A stretch of DNA of 64,000 nucleotides from Eledone cirrhosa (taxonomy: Eukaryota), in contig OZ024741.1 in NCBI GenBank assembly GCA_964016885.1, forward strand, positions 234,050,001 through 234,114,000. The letters run 5' to 3'. A program made the translations under genes and the position numbers. Positions 53,161 to 64,000 of the stretch are shown here, piece after piece; the stretch's first letter is position 1; the number at the start of each line of letters is the position of its first letter. Under the pieces are notes generated by a model. It was not told the DNA's origin, did no database searches, and saw only the letters and a program-made list of their open reading frames with translations.

Positions 53161-54706
53161 ATAATGTGGACATAAGTTTATGTGTGAATGTGAACATGTG
53201 TTCATGTAGATGTGTTTATGTGTGTATATGGATGAGTGTTTATGTGAACATATGTGTATGTGTACATGAGTGTATGTGAACATGTGTTTATGGGCTTATT
53301 TAGTATACCACAGTGCATGTATTAAATGTGGATTGGCAGCACCATTCATAAACTATACACCCATGACAAAGAACATATTCATACAAAAAAAAGCCTCTGG
53401 AAATGTGATATAATTATGATATTATGATAACCATTAAAGCCATAGAATGGGAAATTGGAATATTTGAAAATTACGGAGACCATACTTATTAATAAATGAA
53501 ACCCCTCTATTAACGACAGACAAGAGTTGCATGATATTGATTGGCTAATTTAATACTACCTATCTTGGCATGTCACAAACCTCAACACCCTCACCACATA
53601 TCAGTGCAAATCAGAACTAAGTTCAATCTCCATTTTTCTCGTGATAAAAGCTTTTTAAGATCGAAATATTGAAATATAAGGTTAAAGTATAAACCGTTGT
53701 GTGTGTTCTGTTTTTTTTGTGTTTTACTCCAACTTCTATTGTAGTGGCTTCTTAAAACACCTTTAAATATATATTTATATATAAGGTGATAGGAAGGGCA
53801 TCCAACTGCAGAAACCATGTCAAAATATGGAATGTATGAGCAAGACATGGTGCTTATAACCACTCTGGTCTCACACTGTGACAATCTGTCTAACTTATAC
53901 CAGCATGGAAAGTAGGTGTAACAATGATGATGATGGTGATGATACACACACATACATATATATATATATATTTCAATTTGAATATGTGCCGTGTTCTCTG
54001 TGAACAGTCAGGATTAGCTTACCTCCTCTTTGGGAGAAAGCTAGTCCTGACTGAAAGTTGAGTTTACTAGCTGATACTAGCCGATTGTCCATTGGAATAA
54101 TGTGTAGATAGCTGATCTGAACTATCTGTTCTAGAGAGGCTAATTCCTTGCTGAAGACCTGACTCTTAACCAATTATGTAATGCTTACTAACATTACCTA
54201 ATTTCTGTGCACGTTTGTTCCATATAGACTGCTGCTAGCAGATGGAGTCGCAGAAACTAATGCATTGGTCTGGGGCTGGAAAATCAAATTTTCTACCCAC
54301 ACAAAAACTTTTTCTCACTGTTTAACATATAAGTGTCCACTTTAATTTCCTTGGGTTGGTGTCTTAATAATACTGACTTAATTAAATTATTAAGTGAGTG
54401 GGAAAATGACCAATGATGTATTGGTCCTATTCGATAGCTTCATTTCAGTATTATAAATATATGATATATATATATGTATAATGATGATGATGATGATGAT
54501 GATGATATATATATATATATATAAACCAAGCCAACATGTGTTGGACGGGTCATAGACCAAATCAGTACTTAATCAGAACTAATGCCCTCCCAGATGGGCT
54601 AGGGAGCCCATCTTACTTATATATTTGGCATGGTTTCTAAAGTTGGATATCCTTCCTATCACCAAACACCTTACAGAGTATGTGTGTATATATATACATA
54701 TATATA

Positions 54707-54742
<36 letters not shown>

Positions 54743-55369
54743 CTTGCTAGCAGGGAAAACGAATGTTATATGATGATGATGATGACAATGGTGAAAGCCA
54801 GCAGACAAAACAACAACAACAATATATGTAGTGTTATGTTATATAAAAAAAAAAAAACGTGGTTGGTATCAGATTAAAACAAATAAACAAATAAAAATCA
54901 AAGAAACAAAAAGAAAAAAAATGTCTCTATCACTTTGTCCTTCCTTTTATTATACATGTATCTAAGTTAAGGCTGCTCTCTATTGCCTATTGGTTCATAT
55001 TATTTGAGACATTTTCTTTAAAGTCTTATCAACTTTCTAGTGAGAGGGGTAAATCATATCTAATTCTCACCAATGTAAAGTACTAATGGTGTGGGTGTTT
55101 ATGTATGTATATATGTATGTGTGTATATAAATATGTGTGTATGTAAGTATGTGTGTATATATTATGTGGGTATGCATGTAACTATATTTGCAAGCTTGTA
55201 TGTATGTGTGTGTATATATAAGTATGTGTGTGTATATATATGTATGTATGTGCATATTTGTGTATATGTGTATGTATGTATATATGTGTCTATTGTAAGC
55301 GTGCGTGTATGCATGCATATGTAAGAAGGTGTATATATGTGCATGTATCTGTATCTCTGACTATGTCTG

Positions 55370-56400
55370 GCACAGGTAATAAGGGGTTCGACAGTGCCTT
55401 CATCTAAGTAATTCAACCACTGTAGGAGAATTCTTGAAGAAGTCTCCTACAGTGGAAGTTTGATAAGGATGTCTCCTCTCTCCATTGTTTTTCAATATCT
55501 TGGAGAACATACAACAGACACTCCTAAATTTCACCACTTCCATTTCCATTGAATAATGGCCCCTTTCCATCCTGTGCTTTGCTGATGATATTGACCTGTT
55601 GGGAAGCAATGAATCAGAACTCCAGGAACTCAGCACCAGACTGGAAATAGTGTCAGGAGCATACTGAATGGAGATCAGCTTAGAAAAGAGCAAGATTCTG
55701 GTTAATAGTCACAACCAGAATATAACAATCAAAATCATGCTGGATAGAGGAAAATTTGAAGAAGTGGATAACTTCATGTACCTAGGATTTACTTTGACGA
55801 AGGTTGGTATCTCACTATATGAGATGATGACAAAACTAGGCCTGGCTTCTTCTGCCATAACTAAAGATTATATGGTAAAACAACTCTATCAGTTTTCCAA
55901 TGGGGCTCAAACTGTATAAGGCTCTAGTGATTTCAATCCTTCTGTATGGATGTGACATCTAAATTCTTACAGCCAACATGGAATAAAGAATCCAGACATT
56001 CAAGCCTCTCATACACAGAGGTGAACAAGACTCGTACAGCTGACATTTATTGAAGAATTCAGTTGTTTGCGTTATGTGACTGCTACAGATCTCATCGACA
56101 GAGCAAAAGATAAACAAATAGACAGCAAGTCAACAAATATGCTGGCAAACAGAATTCACTCCTTCCAACAATGAAAATAAAAATGAAAGCTCAGCTGGTA
56201 CAGACATGTATCTCAGCCCAACTCCCTGTTCAAAACCATTCTTCATGGCACAGTTGAAGGAGAATGAAGAAGAAGCAAACAAAGGAAATACTGTCTAACA
56301 ACATCAAAGATTAAACAGGTTTCAACACTGACCTTTCTGCACATGACACAGAACAGAGACCAGTGGTAATTGCTGATTGCTAGAACATTTAGAAGGACAC
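55370..56400 (+). mobile_element. Decayed RTE-type LINE RT and 3' fragment
   Basis: GCLLSPLFFNI, LCFADDIDL, MEISLEKSKIL, VDNFMYLG motifs. Confidence 0.85.
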
Positions 56401-57459
56401 CTCAACAGCTGTGTCAATTTGTGTATCTGTATACATAAGTGTATCTTTATACAGGCTGTACCATAAGTAAGGCAGGATGTGAAGTCAGAACAAAAGCAGA
56501 GAGAAGGATAAAACTAAATATAGTGATAGACAGTCTACCCTCTCTCCTGTCTTTCTTTCCCAGTCCCAAACCAACAATAACAAAAATGAAACAATTCTTG
56601 AAAGTCCCCTTGCATTCTCTCATGATAAGGTAGCTGATGGTATATAGGCATTGAGAGTGAGTGATCAGTTGAAAATATTTTGGCACTTGTTTAACTCTTG
56701 ACATATCTAAAAATAGGTTTGTTAATTCAAATGTTTATAGTAAATATCAAAAATCTTGTTTGGTAATTCGAATGTTTACAGTATCTTTACTGACAGAGAA
56801 ATTGTTGTGAAAATGTTTAGTATTAGAGTAAACTTTAAATTTTAGTGTGATACAACAGAGTGTTTTATGCTTTTCAAGAATGTGTTGCCAATAAAGTTTC
56901 ATGTGTCAAAGGATGTTAAGAGTTAAGGACTACCCCCATCCTCTCACCAGCTTGGATGAGTCCCAAGGGACTCATTTTTCTCAGTGATAGGAAGTGGGTT
57001 TGAATTCTGAAGGCATATAGCCAAAATGGATATCACAATGCATCTTGTCTGACATTCTGTTAATCCATCCACCTGGACTGGCAATTTATTTATTAATCCT
57101 ATTAAGGTAGAGCCACTACTTCTCCAAATTGAGAGATCACAGCTCCAATACTACAGGGATGTTGTTAGAATGTTTCAGGAAAGAATCACTGGACAGATTT
57201 TACCAGCAAAACCAATCAGTAGGAAAACCAGAGATAAACCCTGAGCAAGATGGTTGGATAACATCCATGAGTTTGGCTGGTCTTGCTTGGGGATCCAGAC
57301 AGATCAGTTGGAGATGGTTGCTTCTGGAAGACCTGCTGGAAGGAGTGTTTGAGGACTCTGTCCCCACAACCCACTTAGGAATAAGTGGGTGAAAGAGGAG
57401 GAGAAGGAGAAGGAGAAGAAGAAGAAGAAGAAGAAGAAGAAGAAGAAGAAGAAGAACCC

Positions 57460-59230
57460 TCAAAGGATGAAAGGCAAAGTTGATTTAGGTAGGATTTGAA
57501 CTCAGAGTGCAGAGAGCTGGAACAGATACCAAAGGCATCTCATCCAATGCTCTAACATTCTACCAATCCACCAACCTGAATGGGTACTTTATTTATCAAC
57601 TCTGAAAGGATGAAAAGCAATGTTGACTTAGGTAGGATTTAAACTCAGAATGTAAAGAGCCAGAATAAATACTGCAAGGCATTCTGACTTTCTAACAACT
57701 ATGCCAATTCAACACAATGTAATAATTGTTTCTACTTTTGGCACAAAGCCAGCAATTACTCCAGTGTATTACTGGTGCTTTATTTTATCGACCCCGTAAG
57801 GCTGAAAGGCAAAGTTAACCTAGGCAGGATTTGAACTCAGAACATAAAGGACCATAACTCTATGCTGCAAAGCATGGTATTTGACGCTCTACCAATACTG
57901 CCAATCCAGGACCCATAACCTCTGATGAAGTTTTAGATGCACCATCATGGCATATTTAAGCTGGTGGAGCCCATCCCTTGCCAGGTCTGAATACAACTTA
58001 TTTCTTCCAGAGAAGGAGAAAAAAGGAGAGAGAGGAAGTAAGAAAGAGATATAGGTGAAGAATCAACCCCATTACAGGACTGGTACTTTTTTTTATCAAT
58101 CTTGAAAGGATAAAAGGTAAAGTTGAATGTGGCAGGATTTGAACTCAGAGAGTTGGAACAAATACCACAAAGCATTCTATTCGATAATCTAATGATTCTG
58201 CCAGTCACCATGTAATAATAATCACTTCTCAATCTACTCCAAGAGCACAGGTATTTTAAGGGGAGAGATATAATTAACTAAATGAATTCCCATCATTTCC
58301 TGTCTTAATAGCTATACCCTAATACAAAGAGTGATTTCTAATGGCTTAAGTCCAGTGGTTCCCAACTTGGCATTCATGAAGCCCTGGAAGTCCCCAAATT
58401 TATCATTCTCTTTCAGGTACAGAAAACTTATCAAAAGATGAGCCAACCACTACCTTCAGTGGGATTTGAACTCAATGTATATAAAAGTGGTTCAAATACG
58501 ACACAGTAGTTTGTCCAGTGCTTTAACAATTCTACCAATTTACAATGCTAATAGTGGTTTTTAATTTAGGCACAAGGCCAGCAATTTAAGGGAAGGGGAA
58601 AGTCAATTATATCAACCTCAGTACGTAACTAAATACTGCATTTTTGTCCAATGTTCTGCTGATACCGCCAATCCATCATCTTCTTTTTTGCCATTCTAAT
58701 AATAAGGATTTCTGATTTAGGCACAGGGCCAACAATTTTAAGGGAGGGGAAAGTCGATTAAAGTGACCCAGTGCATTACTGGTACTTTATTTTATTGACC
58801 CTGTAAGGATGAAAGTCAAAGTTAACCTTGGTGGGATTTGAACTTAGAATGTAAAGGACCATAATTTTATGCTGTGAAGCATATTGTCCAATGCTCTACT
58901 GATACTGCCAATCCACTGCCATTCTAATAATAATTGTTTCTACTTTTGGCACAAGGCCAGCAATTACCCAGCAATTAACCTCGGCGGGATTTGAACTCAG
59001 ATTGTAAAGTGACGTAACTCTTTGCATCAAAGCATGGTGTCCAACATTCTACTGATACTGCCAATCCACTGCCATTCTAATAATAATAATGATTTCTTAC
59101 ACAGGCAAAAGGCCAAAAATTTGGAGTGAGTGAAACAGCTGATTATAGCTAAGCCAGTACTCTATTTTATTGGTCCCAGAAGGATGAAAGGCAATGTTGA
59201 CCTCAGCAGAATTCAAACACAAAATGTAAA
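57460..59230 (-). mobile_element. Cluster of minus-oriented tRNA-derived SINEs
   Basis: Repeated GATGAAAGGCAAAGTT...GGATTTGAACTCAG. Confidence 0.88.
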
Positions 59231-59559
59231 TAACTATATATTTAATCGGCTAAAAATATCAGTGAAATCTCTTTATATCACATACTACCATTTTAATAAG
59301 GAAAGGACACATCGGATAATGTAATTCTAGACATACCCAAGAAAAGCTGGAATGATCACAGTTGAAATTATTTTGATCATAAGTTGTCTACTTGATTAGG
59401 GTTAACTGAGGGATAAACAACAATACCAACAATATAATAGTAGTTACTACCACCACCTCCATCACCAGCACCACTACCACAACCACCACCACCACCACCA
59501 CAAAACAACAACAACAACCACTACCACCATCATAATTGCCATCTCACACATTTATATTG

Positions 59560-60150
59560 AAAATCGAATGAAGCAGGGTAGCTTCATTTCTCTCCAACCT
59601 ACACATGTCCTCTGCAGTTACTGCCCATGTTTCACTACTATGCAGCACCGCACTTCACACACAGGCATCATACAGCTGTCCTGTTGTACGTAAGGAGAAA
59701 CCTTTTGTAGTTAACAGAGGGGATAGCTTTCTAAACTTCTTCCATCCTATCTTTATTCTTACTATTATTCTCTTGGAGCACTCTCCTCCACTGCTAATTA
59801 GGTCACCTAAGTAGCAGAAGCTATCAACCACTTCTATGGCTCCTTCATGTGACTGTAAAAGGTTTATATCACTGATACTCTTCTCCTTGATTACGCCTGT
59901 GCATCTTTTACATACAAAATCTCCTCTTCCTGCAAGTCTATCTATTATCCTACTACATCTCTTGTGTAACCAAGATATACATTGTGTACATCATATAGAG
60001 TTTATGCCTACTGCTTTTCTACATATTGAACAGGGCCACCTCCCTGAAGGAATCAGGGCTCTATCTTCTTTCTCACTAACTAGCACTTTATTTTTGGCTA
60101 AGTTTACTCTCAGCCCTTTTGATTCCAAATTCTGTTTCCATAGCTAACTT
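59560..60150 (-). mobile_element. RTE LINE fragment (post-RT region)
   Basis: Antisense match to the YDACV-SAMLH-SETW region, as at 31183 and 23500. Confidence 0.8.
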
Positions 60151-60827
60151 GTGTTGGGCAGCACATTTTTTTCCAGAGGAAGGCCTTAGCATTTATTACT
60201 GTCTGTCTATCATGTATTACAAGTGAACAATCAGTCTGGCTTGTGTGTTTGCCTTTATCCTGAAATTTGTGTTGCAAATGGTTAATTCATTTCCATCACC
60301 GAATTCCAGGAGTCTTAAGCCATAACCATAGTCACCATAAATTCCAATGAATCTATCCTGGTACTGTCCAAGATATATTGGTATATAAAAACCTTAAACC
60401 TTCAAATCCTCATAAAAAAAAACAGCAAGATAGGTGGGGTTGATGTGTAGACTATTAAAGGAAGAAGGAATGATGAAGTCCCATGTCACCCTCATCCCTT
60501 TCCTACCTTACAGACACTACAATTGCAGCCTTCATAACACTCTCTCTCTCTCTTTCCCCTCCTCTTCCTTTAATACAACCACTATCACCACTATCACCAA
60601 CATCGTCAACACCATTATGTCGTTGCTAGATCTGTTAGAAATAGCAACCAAATCACTCTTAATTTACACCCTATTTCAGGACATACTGCATAATGTAGTC
60701 ATAGATACACTACACCACAGCAACTACCACTACAACCACTGCTACCACCACCATCACAACCACTACAATTACAAGTGCTGCAACCACAACTACTTCCACC
60801 ACTAGAACTACAACCACCACCAACAAA

Positions 60828-60866
60828 TATGGACACAGTTCAGTCTTATTGGATCTCATCAGCACA
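60828..60866 (-). ncRNA. Degenerate minimal hammerhead motif
   Basis: UGUG CUGAUGA GAUC-caauaa-GACU GAA CUGUGUC CAUA; one A of GAAA missing. Confidence 0.4.
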
Positions 60867-61075
60867 GCATAGTCAATTTTGAGTTTGCTTGATTAATTGA
60901 CATGTTTTTACATACAGGCCACTACCTGATTGCAGTCTAATAACTAAAACCAGTAAAATAAAAGGGTTTAAAAAAATAGTTACATAGATTTATTGGACAT
61001 TTACATTATATAATTGGAAAAAATGGAATGAACCAAGGAAAATAATTCAAGTGGTCAATGACAATTTATTTATTA

Positions 61076-61110
61076 CTAGCTGGCCCCATGCTGTCAAAAA
61101 TGACGGCTAA
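61076..61110 (-). mobile_element. Possible Helitron 3' terminus
   Basis: Minus strand hairpin GCCGTCA-tttt-TGACAGC, then 10 nt, then CTAG|T. Confidence 0.45.
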
Positions 61111-61314
61111 TTATAGTATTTTATATATAAAAAGGACACAGCACCAAGTTTTTAGTTTAATAATTATTTTATTACAAAATCTTTTGTGAAAAAAACTATC
61201 CTCAACTAAGATATATAACCAAGATAATATCTTGGTGTAAATATGTATATATTTATATGTATGAGTATATAAATATAAACACAGTAACACACATACATTC
61301 ATACAAACACTTAC

Positions 61315-61870
61315 ACAATAATGATTTCTGATGTAGGCACAATGCCAACAATTTGAGGGGAGGAGAAAGTCGATTAAATCAGCCCAGTATGTTACTGGTA
61401 CTTTATTTTATCGTCCCCTGTAAAGATGAAAGACAAAGCTAACCTTGGCAGGATTTGAACTCGGAACGTAAAGGGCCGTAACTCTATGCTATGAAGCATG
61501 ATGTCCAATGCTCTACCGATACTGCCAATCCACCACCTTAATAATTGTTTCTACTTTTGGCACAAGACCAGCAATTACCCAGTGCATTACTGGTACTTTA
61601 TTTTATCGACCCCGTAAGGATGAAAGGCAAAGTTAACCTCGGCGGGATTTGAACTCAGACCGTAAAGGGACGTAACTATGCTGGAAAGCATGGCGTCCGA
61701 CCCTCTACCGATACTGCCAATTCACCACCCTTGTCCACCACCTTAATAATAATTGTTTCTACTTTTTGGCACAAGGCCAGCAATTACCCAGTACATTACT
61801 GGTACTTTATTTTATCGACCCCGTAAGCATGAAAGGTAAAGTTAACCTCGGCAGGATTTGAACTCAGATA
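61315..61870 (-). mobile_element. Three tandem tRNA-derived SINE copies (full copy 61540-61730)
   Basis: Same family as 51399-51605, reverse orientation. Confidence 0.9.
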
Positions 61871-63029
61871 ATAGCCAATGTCTGTAGCCAATTCGCTACT
61901 TATATACTCATGGAAGTGTAGTGAATCTTAGAATGCTGGTTGCTGTTTTCTATAGTTTGTCACCAGCCCCTTCCTTCCACAGTGCGTGATGGACAAATAT
62001 ATAAATAAGCACACATTGACTATTATTATAGTTGATTTTTGTTTTGTTGCTTTATCAGAGAGATAAGGACAATGCTCATTACTCTTCATAACCCTTTATT
62101 CTATTTTTTTCAGGGCTTCCGTGATTAATAAAGAGGCATGGAGTGAGGAAGATATCTTTAAACCAGAGAGATAGTCTGAATGCTTGCAATAGAGTGGACT
62201 CTGCTAACAGTATGTAATCCCTTTAATACCAACCACCCTGAAACCAACTTTTATTTTGTGATACATAACTGTCCATTTTAAAAGTGTTTATACTCAAATC
62301 TAAGCCTTCTATAAAAAATTTATGACAGAACCCTTAGTTAAATACTATCCTTTCTAGCATTGGCACAAGGCCAGCAATTTGAAGGAAGAGGAAGTCAACT
62401 ATATTGACCCATATTGACCCCACTTTATTTTATTCACCCCAGAAGAATGAAAGCAAAGTTTACTTCAGTGATGTATTGAATAACATAACAAAACATTTTT
62501 AATTACTTGAAATTTCCCTCTCAGCTGGAGAATTCAATATATAAATAAAACCTTTGTTGACAGATCAGACTCGAGTTTGTCTATGCCTTGCAGACAATTG
62601 ATGATTTGAAATAAAAATGGAATTGAAATACAATGGGTGAGAAATGTTCTAAATGTGATGCATTCAGGTGGTTCAAGGAACTACCAGAAAAATCCTTTGT
62701 TCAATTTCTGTTAAGGTAATGGACACCACATCCCATTCACCTCATGAGATTAAAGAATTGTTAATTTAAACCACTGATAAGGATGTCAAATTTATAACTA
62801 ATGCTTTAGCCTTCACATTCTCAGATATAATATCTGTATTTACTAAATAAATAAATCATAATATATTACTCTCATATTTACATGCCTCTTGATGTGTGTG
62901 TGTGTGTGGGGGGGGGGGGCATGGGTGCTGGATTAAGGGGGTGTCCCTGTGTGTTTATTTATGGATAAGTAAGGTGTATCAATGTGTGTGCATATGTGTG
63001 AGATCAAATCCAGGACGTGTATGCATATG

Positions 63030-63245
63030 TGAAGGCATGTGGCTTAATGGATAAGGTGTTCGGCTCCCGATCATAAGGTCATAAGTTCTATTCCTGATGG
63101 CGTGTTGTGTCCTTCAGCAAAACACTTTATTATTTCACGTTGCTCGAGTTCACACAACTGGCCAAAATAAATTACACCTGTAACTCAAAGGGTCAACCTT
63201 GACGCACATTATGTCACACTGAATCTCTCTGAGAACTACGTTATC
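63030..63245 (+). mobile_element. Second tRNA-derived SINE type
   Basis: tRNA-like head GGCATGTGGCTTAATGGATAAGG...AGTTCTATTCC then GTGTCCTTCAGCAAAACACTTTA; similar head at 34200. Confidence 0.65.
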
Positions 63246-63784
63246 AAACAACAGCAACAGCATGTGTGTGTTGTTCCTCAGTCCAGAGTGTGGGGTCGTT
63301 GGCAAGAGGGAAGTCCACCATCTATCCTACTGTTTATAACCCAGTCTTTTAGCCTGTAATATAATCTGAAAGGTCTCATGATCTGGAAAAATTAGACACT
63401 ACAGAATATACAACTGTTTGTCTCAGTGTGTGTGTGTATGTGTGTGTGTGTCTTAGAGTGCCTGCGTGTGAGTGTGAATATGCCTTTGTGTTTGTATTTA
63501 TGTCTCTTTGACTGACTGTCTTAGTGTGAATGTGTGTGAGCGCTTGTGTGAGTATCAGTGTCTTGATGGGCACGTGTTTTAGTGTGTATGTGTGTGTTTG
63601 AGTGTAAATGTACCTTAGTGTTTGTAGCTATTTATATGCGTCCGTTTACATGCGTTCCTTTTTTTGTATGTGTATGCATGTTTCTGTATGTATGTGTGTA
63701 AGGTTGCATATGCATATTTCTGTATCAGATTGCATATGAATCTTTTCTCCGTATTTGTGTGTGAGATTCTGTATGTATGTTACC

Positions 63785-63838
<54 letters not shown>

Positions 63839-64000
63839 TTGTGTGTGTGAGATTGTGTATGTGTGTGTGAGATTGTGTATGTATGTTTCCTTTGTGTATG
63901 CATACTTTCACATAGTTCCGTATATATTTGTAATTGTGTATTTTACATGTGTATATGAGTGTTCGTAACTATATAGCATGTGTAGAAAGCTATATACACA

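Noticed and set aside
57920-57945. Isolated CTGATGA/CTGAAGA strings (also 20812, 54151)
   Set aside because: No downstream GAAA or pairing stems

Overview
AT-rich, repeat-dense animal genomic DNA, most likely an octopus or other coleoid cephalopod (inferred from abundant (TA)n/(CA)n microsatellites, tRNA-SINE/RTE content and a single-exon multi-finger C2H2 ORF). The only intact host gene I can see is a C2H2 zinc-finger ORF (39831-41894, 12 canonical fingers plus 1 degenerate). The rest is mostly decayed mobile DNA: two mariner elements with TIRs, a Tc1/mariner-superfamily remnant beside a 3.8-kb minisatellite with an 823-bp higher-order period, RTE, CR1-like and R4-like LINE fragments, many SINEs, small MITEs and possible Helitron ends. 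Nearly all other ORFs in the track are microsatellite or antisense artefacts. The main unexpected signal is a set of short non-coding elements, mostly embedded in (TA)n, several of them long fold-back palindromes, that carry type I hammerhead ribozyme (HHR) motifs from several sequence families. One HHR lies directly downstream of a Penelope-like GIY-YIG ORF (29818-31168), linking them to Penelope-like retroelements (PLEs). Another lies in sense orientation about 780 bp after the zinc-finger stop codon. All folds were read by eye; none was computed or tested.
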